From positions 608,001-672,000 of the forward strand of contig CBDDFZ010000001.1 in the NCBI GenBank assembly GCA_965227515.1: a DNA stretch of 64,000 nucleotides. The letters are read 5' to 3'. A program made the position numbers and the translations under genes. Origin of the DNA: Alphaproteobacteria bacterium. Lineage in GTDB: Bacteria; Pseudomonadota; Alphaproteobacteria; CALKHQ01. A model generated the notes under the pieces. That model ran no database searches. It saw only the letters and a list, made by a program, of their open reading frames with translations, and had not been told where the DNA came from. Shown piece after piece: positions 40,720-54,645 of the stretch. Numbering within the stretch: position 1 is the stretch's first letter; the number at the start of each line of letters is the position of its first letter.

Positions 40720-43551
40720 ATGCCGGCGTACAACGTTACGTCTCCCAGGGCGATTATCGACCGCAAGGCGCTGACTCTCGCCATCACCACCTTTGCGGCG
40801 GAGAACAGTGCGCCAGAGGCGCGCAAGTTCGTGGCCGCGCGGCTGGACGAGGCGCTGTCGGTCGGCGACGAGGCGGTGCGCCGGCGGTTCGAGAACGGCG
40901 CGTCCGGGGCGGCGACCGTGCGCGCCCGTGCCTATCTGATCGACCAGATCATTCGCGTCATCTTCGACTATTGCGACCGGGTCCTTTATCCGACCAGCGG
41001 CCCGACCAAGGGCGAACGGCTGGCGGTGGTGGCGGTCGGCGGCTTCGGGCGCGGCGAACTGGCGCCGTTCTCCGATATCGACATCATGCTGCTGCGCCAC
41101 TACAAGCCGACGCCACGCGGCGAGCAGATCGTCGAGGCCATGCTCTACATCCTGTGGGACTTGGGGCTGAAGGTCGGCCATTCGTCGCGGTCCGTCGACG
41201 AATGCATCAGGCTGTCGCGCCGCGACGTCACCATCCGCACCGCGATTCTGGAGGCGCGCTGGATCTGGGGCGACCGTGAGCTCTACGACGAGCTGAACCG
41301 CCGCTTCACCTCGGAGGTCATCCGCGGTACCGCGCGCGAGTTCGTGGAGCTGAAGCTGGCCGAGCGCGAGGAGCGCCACCAGCGCATGGGCGACAGCCGC
41401 TATCTGCTGGAACCCAATTTGAAGGACGGCAAGGGCGGCCTGCGCGATCTGCACACGCTGGCCTGGATCGGTAAGTACGTCTACGAGGTCGACAGCGTCG
41501 ATGCGCTGGCCAGCCGTGGCGTACTGACCCGCGCCGAGGTGCGGGTGTTCGAGAAGGCGCAAGAGTTCTTCTGGATGGTGCGCTGCCACCTGCACTATCT
41601 GGTCGGCCGCGCCGACGAGCGCCTGACCTATGACGTGCAGCCGGAGATCGCGGCGCGCATGGGCTATACCGACCACGCCGGGTCGAGCGGGGTCGAGCGC
41701 TTCATGAAGCGCTATTTCCTGATCGCCAAGGACGTGGGCGACCTGACCCGCATTTTCTGCGCCAACCTGGAAGCCGAGCAGCAGAAGCCGAAGCTGAGGT
41801 TGCCGCGGCTGTGGGGGCGCACGGCCGACATCGCGCCGTTCGAGCTGGACAACGGGCGGCTCAGCGTGCCCGACGACAGCGTGTTCACCGACGACCCGGT
41901 CAACATGCTGCGCCTGTTCCATGTCGCGCTGTTTGAGGATCTGGATATTCACCCGAAGGCGCTGCAGATGGCGCGGCGCGGGCTGAAGCGCATCAATGCG
42001 GCGGTGCGCAAGGACGAGCAGGCCAACAAGCTGTTCCTGGAAATCCTGTGCGCCGACAAGCAGACCGGGCCGATCCTGCGGCTGATGAACGAGGCCGGCG
42101 TGTTCGGCCGCTTCGTGCCGGAGTTCGGCCGTATCGTCGCCCAGATGCAGTACAATATGTACCACGTGTACACGGTGGACGAGCACACGATCCACGCGCT
42201 GTCGATCCTGAACGACATCGACGCCGGCCACCTGACCGACGAGCTGCCGCTGGCCAGCGAAGTGGTGCACCAGGTGGTGTCGCGCCGTGTGCTGACCGTG
42301 GGCGTGATGATGCACGATATCGCCAAGGGGCGGCCGGGCGACCACAGCGAGGTCGGCGCCAAGCTGGCCCAGCGGCTGTGTCCGCGCCTGGGCCTGAGCG
42401 AGGAAGAGACCGAGACCGTTGCCTGGCTGGTGCTGCACCACCTGAGAATGAGCGACACCGCGTTCAAGCGCGATATCGGCGACCCGAAGACCATCGAGGA
42501 CTTTGTGGCCCTGGTCCGCTCGCCGGAGCGGCTGCGCCTGCTGCTGGTGCTGACGGTGGTCGATATCCGTGCCGTCGGCCCATCGGTGTGGAACGGCTGG
42601 AAGGCATCGTTGCTGCGCGAGCTTTATCACGTCACCGAGGAGGCGCTGACCAGCGGCCTCAACGTCGACACCGCATCGCGCCGGGTGGAGGGCAAGATCG
42701 AAGCATTGCGCGCGGCGCTGCCGGACTGGGACGCCGATGCGCTGGACACACACATCGCGCGCGGCACCACGCCTTACTGGCTGACCTACGATGTCGACAC
42801 CCTGGCCGCGCACGCGCGCATGGTGCGCCAGGCGGAAGCCGACGACCTGCCGTTGATGGTGACCAGCCGCATCGACGAGTTCCGCGCCGTGACCGAGGTG
42901 ACGATTTACACCCAGGACCAGCCCGGCCTGTTCTCGCGCATTGCCGGCGCGCTGACGGTGGCCGGCGCCGACGTGGTCGACGCGAAGATCTTCACGCTGT
43001 CCAACGGCTGGGCGCTGGATACGTTCTGGATCCAGGACAATCTGGGCAGCGACGGCGCGCCGGCGGCGTTCGCGCGGCCGGAACGGCTGGCCAAGCTCTC
43101 CAGCATCATCGAGCAGAGCCTGACCGGGCGCATCCGCGCCAACCGCGTGCTCACCGAACGTGCGTTCAAGCCCAAGCGCAACAAAGTGTTCAAGGTGGCG
43201 CCCCGGGTGCTGATCGACAACAAGGCCAGCGCCACCTGCACGGTGGTGGAGGTGAACGGCGCCAACCGGCCCGGCCTGCTGTTCTCGCTGACCAGGGCGC
43301 TCAACCAGAGCAATACGGTCATCAAGTCGGCGAAGATCTCGACCTTCGGCGAATTGGCGGTGGACGTGTTCTACGTGCAGGACCTGTTCGGCACCAAGAT
43401 CTTGCACAGCGGCAAGCAGGACGCGTTGCGTGCCCGCCTCTATGCGGCGCTGGAGGCGCCCGGGACCGGAGACGCCGGCGGCCTGCCGCGCGAGCGCTCG
43501 GCGGCCGAGTTCGCGGTGGCGCCGCCGCCCGCCATCGACGCCGCGGAATAG
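40720..43551 (+). CDS. glnD: [PII] uridylyltransferase/uridylyl-removing enzyme
   Basis: AVGGFGRGELAPFSDID, EPNLKDGKGGLRD, YTVDEH, HDIAKG, two ACT domains. Confidence 0.98.
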   Translation: MPAYNVTSPRAIIDRKALTLAITTFAAENSAPEARKFVAARLDEALSVGDEAVRRRFENGASGAATVRARAYLIDQIIRVIFDYCDRVLYPTSGPTKGERLAVVAVGGFGRGELAPFSDIDIMLLRHYKPTPRGEQIVEAMLYILWDLGLKVGHSSRSVDECIRLSRRDVTIRTAILEARWIWGDRELYDELNRRFTSEVIRGTAREFVELKLAEREERHQRMGDSRYLLEPNLKDGKGGLRDLHTLAWIGKYVYEVDSVDALASRGVLTRAEVRVFEKAQEFFWMVRCHLHYLVGRADERLTYDVQPEIAARMGYTDHAGSSGVERFMKRYFLIAKDVGDLTRIFCANLEAEQQKPKLRLPRLWGRTADIAPFELDNGRLSVPDDSVFTDDPVNMLRLFHVALFEDLDIHPKALQMARRGLKRINAAVRKDEQANKLFLEILCADKQTGPILRLMNEAGVFGRFVPEFGRIVAQMQYNMYHVYTVDEHTIHALSILNDIDAGHLTDELPLASEVVHQVVSRRVLTVGVMMHDIAKGRPGDHSEVGAKLAQRLCPRLGLSEEETETVAWLVLHHLRMSDTAFKRDIGDPKTIEDFVALVRSPERLRLLLVLTVVDIRAVGPSVWNGWKASLLRELYHVTEEALTSGLNVDTASRRVEGKIEALRAALPDWDADALDTHIARGTTPYWLTYDVDTLAAHARMVRQAEADDLPLMVTSRIDEFRAVTEVTIYTQDQPGLFSRIAGALTVAGADVVDAKIFTLSNGWALDTFWIQDNLGSDGAPAAFARPERLAKLSSIIEQSLTGRIRANRVLTERAFKPKRNKVFKVAPRVLIDNKASATCTVVEVNGANRPGLLFSLTRALNQSNTVIKSAKISTFGELAVDVFYVQDLFGTKILHSGKQDALRARLYAALEAPGTGDAGGLPRERSAAEFAVAPPPAIDAAE

Positions 43552-43566
43552 GCGCGACTCCTTCCG

Positions 43567-45138
43567 ATGTCCCTGGTCCGCGCCGTCGCGACCGTTGGCG
43601 GCCTGACGATGGTCAGCCGCGTGCTCGGCTTCGTGCGCGATGTGCTGATCGCGTCGCTGCTCGGCGCCGGCGCGGTGGCGGATGCCTTCTTCGTCGCCTT
43701 CCGCCTGCCCAACCTGTTCCGCCGCCTGTTCGCCGAGGGCGCGTTCAACGCCGCCTTCCTGCCGCTGTTCACCGGCCAGCACCAGGCCTATGGCCCGGCG
43801 GCCGCGCGCGCCTATGCCGGGCAAGTGCTGGCGGTGATGCTGGTGGTGCTGGTGCCGTTCACCGTGCTGCTGCAGATCGCGATGCCCTGGGTGGTGTCCG
43901 CCATCGCGCCCGGCTTCGACGACCGGCCCGAGGCCTATGCGCTGGCCGTCGAGTACGGGCGCATCACCTTCCCCTACCTGATGATGATGGGGCTGGTGGC
44001 GCTGTTGAGCGGTGTGCTGAACGCGATCCACAAGTTCGCCGCCGCCGCCGCCGCGCCGATCCTGCTCAACATCGTGCTGATCGCGGCCCTGGTGGTGTTC
44101 GTGCCGCTGTTCGACGATGCCGGCATGGTGCTGGCCTGGGGGGTGGCGATCGCGGGCATCGGCCAGTTCCTGTGGCTGGCGATCGCCTGCGGCCGGGCCG
44201 ACATGCTGCCGGCGCTGCCGCGCCCGCGCATTACGCCGAGCACGCGGCGGTTCGGCCGGCTGATCCTGCCCGGCGCCATCGGGGCCGGCATCATTCAGAT
44301 CAACCTGTGGATCGGCACCGTGTTCGCGTCCACCATCGACGGCGCGGTCTCCTGGCTCTACTACGCCGACCGGGTGAACCAGTTGCCGCTGGGGGTGATC
44401 GGCATCGCGGTCGGGGTCGCCCTGCTGCCGATGTTGTCGCGCCAATTGCGCGCCGGCGAGGACACGGCGGCGATGGCGAGCCAGAACCGGGCCATCGAGT
44501 TCGCGCTGTTCATGACGCTGCCGGCGACCGCGGCGCTGGTGGTGATTCCAACCTCCCTGGTCGACGTGCTGTTCGAGCGTGGCGCGTTCACCGCAGCGGA
44601 TACCGCCGCCACGGCTGGCGCGCTGGTCGCCTATGCCGCCGGGCTGCCGGCCTATGTGCTGATCAAGGCGCTGCAGCCGGGCTTCTTCGCGCGGGAGGAC
44701 ACGGCCACCCCGGTGAAGATCGCCGCCGCCTCGGTCGCGGTCAACATAGCGTTGACCCCGCTGCTGATGTGGCCGTGGGGCCATGTCGGCATCGCGCTCG
44801 CCACTGCCATCGCCGCCTGGCTGAATGCCGGCCTGTGCGCACTGGTGCTGTGGCGGCGCGGCCTTATCCGCGCCGACGACCGCCTGCGCCGGCGCCTGCC
44901 GCGCATCGTGCTGGCATCGCTTATCATGGCCGGGTTGGTGTGGGGTGGCGCGGAACTCCTGTCCGGCTGGCTTGCCGCCGGCACCGGGCAGGAGATCGTC
45001 GCCATCGCCGTCATCGTGGCGCTGGGGCTGATTGCCTATTTCGTGCTGGCGCGGCTGACCGGCGCGGTCGATGGCGCCGAACTGCGACGGTTTCTGCGGC
45101 GCCGGCCCCGCACGCCGGCCGACGAGACCGATGCTTGA
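43567..45138 (+). CDS. murJ: Lipid II flippase MurJ
   Basis: SRVLGFVRD, AFRLPNLFRRLFAEGAF, YADRVNQLPLG. Confidence 0.98.
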   Translation: MSLVRAVATVGGLTMVSRVLGFVRDVLIASLLGAGAVADAFFVAFRLPNLFRRLFAEGAFNAAFLPLFTGQHQAYGPAAARAYAGQVLAVMLVVLVPFTVLLQIAMPWVVSAIAPGFDDRPEAYALAVEYGRITFPYLMMMGLVALLSGVLNAIHKFAAAAAAPILLNIVLIAALVVFVPLFDDAGMVLAWGVAIAGIGQFLWLAIACGRADMLPALPRPRITPSTRRFGRLILPGAIGAGIIQINLWIGTVFASTIDGAVSWLYYADRVNQLPLGVIGIAVGVALLPMLSRQLRAGEDTAAMASQNRAIEFALFMTLPATAALVVIPTSLVDVLFERGAFTAADTAATAGALVAYAAGLPAYVLIKALQPGFFAREDTATPVKIAAASVAVNIALTPLLMWPWGHVGIALATAIAAWLNAGLCALVLWRRGLIRADDRLRRRLPRIVLASLIMAGLVWGGAELLSGWLAAGTGQEIVAIAVIVALGLIAYFVLARLTGAVDGAELRRFLRRRPRTPADETDA

Positions 45139-45195
45139 CTTGCCGGCGACCTAACGGCCATATCGGGCCGCTTTCCGAATGGAGTTCCTCATCAC

Positions 45196-46224
45196 ATGAG
45201 CCGTATTTTCTCGGGCATCCAGCCGTCCGGCGACCTGCACCTCGGCAACTATCTCGGCGCGATCCGCAACTGGGTCGGCCTGCAGCACGAATACGAGTGC
45301 CTGTATTGCATCGTCGACCTGCACGCGATCACGGTGTGGCAGGATCCGAACGAGCTGCGCGAGAGCATCCGCGAGCTGACCGCGGGCCTGATCGCCGCCG
45401 GGCTGGACCCCGACCACAACATCATCTTCAACCAGAGCCAGGTGGCGGCGCACGCCGAGCTGGCCTGGGTGTTCAACTGCGTCGCGCGTATCGGCTGGCT
45501 GAACCGGATGACCCAGTTCAAGGAGAAGGCGGGCAAGCACCGCGAGAACGCCAGCGCGGGGTTGTTCGTCTACCCCAATCTAATGGCGGCCGACATCCTG
45601 GCCTACCTCGCCACCCACGTGCCGGTGGGCGAGGACCAGAAGCAGCACCTGGAGCTGACCCGCGACATCGCGCAGAAGTTCAACCACGACTACGGGGTCG
45701 AGTTTTTCCCGGTGGTCGAGCCGCTGATCTTCGGTGCCGCCACCCGGGTGATGAGCCTGCGCGACGGGTCCAAGAAGATGTCGAAGTCCGATCCCTCGGC
45801 CCAGTCGCGGATCAATTTCACCGACGATGCCGACGCCATCGCGCTGAAGATCCGCAAGGCGAAGACCGACCCGGAGCCGATGCCGGGGCCGGAGACGCTG
45901 GACGACAAGGGCAACCCGAAGGCCGAGGCGGCCGACGCGCGGCCCGAGGCGTTCAACCTGCTGTCGATCTATGCCGCGCTGGCGGGCACCGACCTTGCCG
46001 CCGCGGTGGGCGAGATGGCCGGCCAGCCGTTCAGCGCCTTCAAGGGCCGGCTGACCGAAGTGGCGGTCGAGGTGCTGGGGCCGATCGGGGCCGAGATGAA
46101 CCGGCTGATGCAGGACAAGGCGGAAATCGACGGCGTGCTGCATCGCGGCACCGAACGCGCCCGCGCGCTGGCCCAGCCGGTGATCGAGAAGACCTACGAT
46201 ATCGTGGGGTTGCTGCGGACCTGA
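45196..46224 (+). CDS. trpS: Tryptophanyl-tRNA synthetase
   Basis: [18 protein letters not shown]. Confidence 0.98.
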   Translation: MSRIFSGIQPSGDLHLGNYLGAIRNWVGLQHEYECLYCIVDLHAITVWQDPNELRESIRELTAGLIAAGLDPDHNIIFNQSQVAAHAELAWVFNCVARIGWLNRMTQFKEKAGKHRENASAGLFVYPNLMAADILAYLATHVPVGEDQKQHLELTRDIAQKFNHDYGVEFFPVVEPLIFGAATRVMSLRDGSKKMSKSDPSAQSRINFTDDADAIALKIRKAKTDPEPMPGPETLDDKGNPKAEAADARPEAFNLLSIYAALAGTDLAAAVGEMAGQPFSAFKGRLTEVAVEVLGPIGAEMNRLMQDKAEIDGVLHRGTERARALAQPVIEKTYDIVGLLRT

Positions 46225-46277
46225 ACGTCGGCGTGGCCCAGCCGCAGGTTGAGAGAGGGCCACCCACCAAATCCAAT

Positions 46278-46407
46278 TGTCGTCCTTGGCCCGAGCCCAA
46301 CTCTTGGTTGGGCGAGGCGCCGAGGACCCATTCCCGATATCGCGCGATCCTAACCATGGATCCTCGACTCGGCGTCCATCTGACGATGGCGCCGGTCAAG
46401 GATGACA
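46278..46407. repeat. Inverted pair of REP-like units with expanded loops
   Basis: TGTCGTCCTTGGC-[hairpin]-GCCGAGGACCCAT ... ATGGATCCTCGAC-[hairpin]-GTCAAGGATGACA. Same arms as 6060-6090. Confidence 0.75.
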
Positions 46408-46465
46408 AATGGAATGGAGGTGAGCCGGCGGTCGGCGGACCGGGCGGCGAAGCGGGGCGATTGGG

Positions 46466-46873
46466 CTAGCCGGCAGCCTTGATCATGGCCTCATAGGCCG
46501 CGACCTGGCGCTGGGCGGCCTTGCGCCCGGCGTCGTCCTTGGCGTCTTCCAGGTCCTCGCGCAGGTCCTTCAGCTTGGCCTCGGCGGCGGCCCGGTCGAT
46601 ATCGGCCACCGCGACCGCGTGCTCGGCCAGCACGGTGCAGCGCTGCGGCGTGACTTCCGCGAAGCCGCCGGCGACGAAGATGCGCTCGGAAACCTCGTTG
46701 CGGGTCTTGTAGACGTCGATCACGCCGGGCCGGACGGTGGAGATCATCGCGGCGTGGCGCGGCAGCACGCCGAAATTGCCCTCGGCGCCCGGCACCACGA
46801 CCATGGCCACCTCTTCCGAGGCGAGCAGGCGCTCCGGCGAAACCAGTTCGAATTCCAGCGTTCCGTCAGCCAT
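46466..46873 (-). CDS. atpC: F1 ATP synthase epsilon subunit
   Basis: FELVSPER, VPGAEGNFGVLPRH, FVAGGFAEV. Confidence 0.97.
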   Translation of the reverse strand: MADGTLEFELVSPERLLASEEVAMVVVPGAEGNFGVLPRHAAMISTVRPGVIDVYKTRNEVSERIFVAGGFAEVTPQRCTVLAEHAVAVADIDRAAAEAKLKDLREDLEDAKDDAGRKAAQRQVAAYEAMIKAAG

Positions 46874-46902
46874 GAGAGGCTCCTGCCCACTTTCCCAGCT
46901 TC

Positions 46903-46995
46903 GTCATGCCCGCACTTGTTGCGGGCATCCACGTCTTTCTACTTGGCCGCTCATGCGGCCATCTCGTGGATGGTCGGGTCAAGCCCGACCATGAC
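46903..46995. repeat. Inverted pair of REP-like units between atpD and atpC
   Basis: GTCATGCCCGCACTTGTTGCGGGCATCCACG ... CGTGGATGGTCGGGTCAAGCCCGACCATGAC. Confidence 0.8.
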
Positions 46996-47009
46996 AGATA
47001 GTTCTTTCG

Positions 47010-49398
<2,389 letters not shown>

Positions 49399-49432
49399 GC
49401 CGGCTTCCGTCTGGCTTGCAAGAGCGTCGCGG

Positions 49433-50971
<1,539 letters not shown>

Positions 50972-50974
50972 GCC

Positions 50975-51532
50975 TTAAGCCCCTCTCATTGCAGTCTGCA
51001 GCCGCTGCAGCTGGCTGCGCACCGACGTATCGATCATCCGCGACCCGACCTGAACGACCAGCCCGCCGATCAGCTCCTCGTCGACCTCGAAATCCACACT
51101 GACCTTCGACCCCATCGCCTTGCGCAGGGCCTCGGTCACGCTCTTGGACTGTTCGTCCTTCAACGGTTTCGCCGACACCACCCGGGCGCGCTCCTCGCCA
51201 CGGCGGCGCGCCAGCTCGGCCAGATAGGCCCGGATCATCGCCGGCAGCGCGAACAGGCGCCGGTTGGCGGCGACCACGCCCACGAAATGCCTCACGATGT
51301 CGCCGATTTTGGCCTCCGCCAGCACTGCCTCCACCGCTGCGCCCTGTTGGTCGCGCGGCACCAGGGGGCTGCGCGTCACGGTGCGCAGGTCTTCGCTGCC
51401 CTGCAGCAAATCCTGGATGGTGGCAAGATCGGCGGCGACCGCATCATGCGCCTTTGCTTCATCGGCGAGGTCGAACAGCGCGGCCGCATACCGGCTCGCA
51501 AGTTCTGATACGCCTAGTCCTTCGACTGCCAC
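50975..51532 (-). CDS. atpH: F1 ATP synthase delta subunit
   Basis: ASRYAAALF, LIGGLVVQVGSRMIDTS. Confidence 0.97.
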   Translation of the reverse strand: MAVEGLGVSELASRYAAALFDLADEAKAHDAVAADLATIQDLLQGSEDLRTVTRSPLVPRDQQGAAVEAVLAEAKIGDIVRHFVGVVAANRRLFALPAMIRAYLAELARRRGEERARVVSAKPLKDEQSKSVTEALRKAMGSKVSVDFEVDEELIGGLVVQVGSRMIDTSVRSQLQRLQTAMRGA

Positions 51533-51737
51533 GCTGCGATCCCTGACGCTCTTTCGGATAGCCTGTTCAGGAGGGTGCCGGACCCGCCCATTCAGGCAAG
51601 CGACAGCCCGCGGTCGGGGTCCCCGAAACCGGGGAGGTTGGTATCATACCGCCGCGGGGGGCGCAAGGCGTGCCGGCGCGCGTTTTCGGGCCAATTTTTC
51701 ATCATGCAGGGCGGCAAAAGCGCGCAACGGGCAGCGA

Positions 51738-52691
51738 TCAGCCAGCACCGTTGGCCGGCAGCGCGAACGAGGCGATCCGATCGCCCAGCAGGCAGCCGAG
51801 ATAAACCCGCCTGCCCGTTGGATGCCCCGATGAATGGAAGGCCAGGCTGGAGATGTTTTTCAGCGTGGTGTCGCCGACGTTGTCCAAATGCGGGCGGCCC
51901 ATGGCGTGGGCGCGATAGGCGGCCTCCACCCGGTCGACATGGGCGGGGTCGGGATCGGCCAGCACGGTCGACAGCGTGCCGTCCCGGTCCAGCCGCAGCA
52001 CGCTGTTGGAGACGATGGACACGATCCAGAGCCCGCGATCGGGCGCGAACGCCAGGCCGTCGGGAAAGATGCCGGTGCCGAACTCGGCCACGGTCTCGCG
52101 CGGGCCAAGGTCGCCGTCGGCGCGGATCGGCAGGCGCGACAGGCGTCGGGCGAAAGTCTCGTTCACGTAGAGCCATTGGCCGGACGGGTCGACCAGGCAT
52201 TCGTTGGTATAGCCCAGCCCGTCGGCGGCAATGCGCGCGTGGCCGCCCTCGATGCGCGCGACGAAGCCATCGGCGATGTCGCTCCGGTAGGCCGCGGCGC
52301 GCGGCTGGTGGCGGGTGCTGACCGTCGCCCAGATCCGCCCGGCGGCGTCGGCATGCACGAAGTTGGTTGGCGGCAGAGGCGCGCCATCGGCTTCCAGAGC
52401 GACCGGGCGGCAAGTGCCGTCGGCCGCCAGATGATAGATGCCGCCGTCCGTGTCGCCCAGGTGCGCGATCAAGTATCCACCATCTGGTGCGAGGCAGATG
52501 CCGTTGGGCTTGAGGGGAAACGATGTCGACAGGATGGTGTGCTGGCTGCCGTCCGGCGCGATGGTGGTGATGCCGCCGCGCCAGTCCGCGACATGCAGCG
52601 TGCCCGCGTCGTCGCAGACCACGCATTCCGGCCGGGCGAGGTCGCGCCCCACCCATTCGACGTCTGCGATGTCCAGTTGCAATGCGCCCAT
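51738..52691 (-). CDS. SMP-30/gluconolactonase/LRE family beta-propeller
   Basis: RPECV, PNG, TNF, YTNE, FPDGLAF metal-ligand pattern. Confidence 0.88.
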   Translation of the reverse strand: MGALQLDIADVEWVGRDLARPECVVCDDAGTLHVADWRGGITTIAPDGSQHTILSTSFPLKPNGICLAPDGGYLIAHLGDTDGGIYHLAADGTCRPVALEADGAPLPPTNFVHADAAGRIWATVSTRHQPRAAAYRSDIADGFVARIEGGHARIAADGLGYTNECLVDPSGQWLYVNETFARRLSRLPIRADGDLGPRETVAEFGTGIFPDGLAFAPDRGLWIVSIVSNSVLRLDRDGTLSTVLADPDPAHVDRVEAAYRAHAMGRPHLDNVGDTTLKNISSLAFHSSGHPTGRRVYLGCLLGDRIASFALPANGAG

Positions 52692-52738
52692 GCCCGCTTC
52701 ATAGCATGGTCGGTACGACGGGCCGGCAGGGAAGCGGA

Positions 52739-53776
52739 ATGGCGCAGGACAAACTTCGGGTGGCCGGCATCGGGGCCGGCTATTTCAGCCAGTTCCATTA
52801 CGACGCCTGGGCGCGGATGGACGACGTCGACCTGGTCGGCATCGCCGACACCGATGTCGGCAAGGCCGAGGCGATGGCCGGCGCACACGGCGCACCGGAG
52901 GTGTTCGCCTCGGCCGAGGCGATGCTGGATGCGGCCCGGCCCGATCTGGTCGACATCGTTACCCCGCCGGCGACCCATGCCGCCCTGGTGTCCCTGGCGG
53001 CGGCGCGCGGCCTGCCGATGATCTGCCAGAAACCGCTGGCGCCGACGATGGCGGAGGCCCGCGCCATCGTGGCGACGGCGGAGGCGGCTGGTGCGGACCT
53101 GTTCGTACACGAGAATTTCCGCTTCCAGCCCTGGTACCGCGAGATCGCCCGGCTGCTGGCCGGCGGCGCCTGCGGCGACGTGTTAAACGCAACATTCCGC
53201 CTGCGCCCCGGCGACGGCCAGGGCCCGGACGCCTATCTGGCGCGCCAGCCATACTTCCAGCAGATGCCGCGTTTCTTGGTCCACGAGACCCTGATCCACA
53301 TGGTCGACACCTTCCGCTTCCTGTTCGGCGAGGTGACGGCGGTGCAGGCCCATCTACGCCGCTGCAACCCGGCGATCGCGGGTGAGGATGCCGGCATCGT
53401 GGTGCTGGCGTTTGCCGGCGATACCGTAGGGACCGTCGACGGCAACCGGCTGGTCGACCACGCCGCCGAGAACACCCGGCTGACCATGGGCGAGATGTGG
53501 GTCGAGGGTACCGGCGGCACGGTGCGGCTGGACGGTGACGGCAACCTCTACCACCGCGCCCACGGCAGCACGGAAGAGCGCCGCCACGGCTACGCCTGGA
53601 CCAACCGGGCTTTCGGCGGCGACTGCGTGCTTGCCTGCCAGCGCCACATCGTCGATGCGTTGCGCGGAACCGGGCGGGCGGAAACCCGTGCCGCCGACTA
53701 CCTGCGTAACATCGAGATCGAGGACGCGATCTACGCGGCGGCCAAACAGGGCCGCAGGATCACGCTCGCCTTCTGA
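52739..53776 (+). CDS. Gfo/Idh/MocA oxidoreductase (sugar dehydrogenase-like)
   Basis: GAGYFS, DIVTPPATH, ICQKPLA, HENFRFQPW. Confidence 0.92.
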   Translation: MAQDKLRVAGIGAGYFSQFHYDAWARMDDVDLVGIADTDVGKAEAMAGAHGAPEVFASAEAMLDAARPDLVDIVTPPATHAALVSLAAARGLPMICQKPLAPTMAEARAIVATAEAAGADLFVHENFRFQPWYREIARLLAGGACGDVLNATFRLRPGDGQGPDAYLARQPYFQQMPRFLVHETLIHMVDTFRFLFGEVTAVQAHLRRCNPAIAGEDAGIVVLAFAGDTVGTVDGNRLVDHAAENTRLTMGEMWVEGTGGTVRLDGDGNLYHRAHGSTEERRHGYAWTNRAFGGDCVLACQRHIVDALRGTGRAETRAADYLRNIEIEDAIYAAAKQGRRITLAF

Positions 53777-54467
53777 AGAAAATCACCGCGATGACGATCA
53801 GCGCCAGGGCCAGCGCGTACCATGTCAGCGCGTATTCCAGATGGTCGTTGGCGAGGTCGACCACGACCGGCCCGCGCTCTGGCAACGGGTCGATGCCGTC
53901 CGGCGCATCGACATAAGCTTCCAGGCGCACCAGCACCGGCAGCAGGGCGTCCACGCCGGCGGCCTCGGCCATCGCTTCGCCGTCGAACGCGTGCCACAGA
54001 TTGCGGGCCGGGTCGTTGCCGGGCGTCATCCAGCCGGCCGTCAGCGGCACCCGCAGCACGCCGACGAACGAGACCTCGCCGGAGGGCGGCGCCAGTGCCG
54101 TGGCATCGCCGTCCTCCAACGGCACCCAGCCGCGGTCCACGAGCAGGGCGCCATCGGCATCGGCGGGCAGGAACGGCGACATCACGTTCAGGCCGGCGCG
54201 GCCGGCCTCCGACGCGCCGGGCATGAACAGCACGGCGGGCGCGAATTCGCCGGTCAGCGACGCGCGGACGAACTCCACGTCATCGCTCTCGATGGAGACG
54301 TCGCCGAATGCCACCGGGTCGGCGCCCAATCGCGCCTCGGCGGTGGCGACGATCTCGTTCTTCTCGCCCAGGCGGACGAGCTGCCAGGAGCCGAGCCCGA
54401 TCAGCACCAGCACCGCGACAGCGGCGGCGAATAGCTTCCAGGCGCGGGCTGAAGTACGTGCAGTCAT
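53760..54467 (-). CDS. surf1: SURF1 cytochrome oxidase assembly protein
   Basis: LGSWQLVR, VDRGWVP, NDHLEYALTWY. Confidence 0.95.
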   Translation of the reverse strand: MTARTSARAWKLFAAAVAVLVLIGLGSWQLVRLGEKNEIVATAEARLGADPVAFGDVSIESDDVEFVRASLTGEFAPAVLFMPGASEAGRAGLNVMSPFLPADADGALLVDRGWVPLEDGDATALAPPSGEVSFVGVLRVPLTAGWMTPGNDPARNLWHAFDGEAMAEAAGVDALLPVLVRLEAYVDAPDGIDPLPERGPVVVDLANDHLEYALTWYALALALIVIAVIFFRRRA

Positions 54468-54645
54468 TCAGGCGAAGGGCTCGGTCAATGGTTGCGAGGG
54501 GGCGGCACTCTCGGGGATGACGGGACCGATGGCAATTGCTTATCCTGAAGCGGGCCGCGTCATTGGCGATCCGAGCCAATTTGAAGCACCATATTGCTCG
54601 AGCGCATACTGCATCGATGTTGGCGTTGGGGGGGGCGCTTCCACC

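Noticed and set aside
40546-46469. Very long alternative ORFs (1412 aa on minus, 1473 aa on plus) over glnD-murJ-trpS
   Set aside because: Shadow frames from high-GC codon bias; Arg/Gly/Pro-rich, no motifs, fully overlapping confident genes.
54001-54645. N-terminal extension making the repeat protein 1078 aa
   Set aside because: Overlaps surf1 antisense; a signal peptide begins at ATG 54646.
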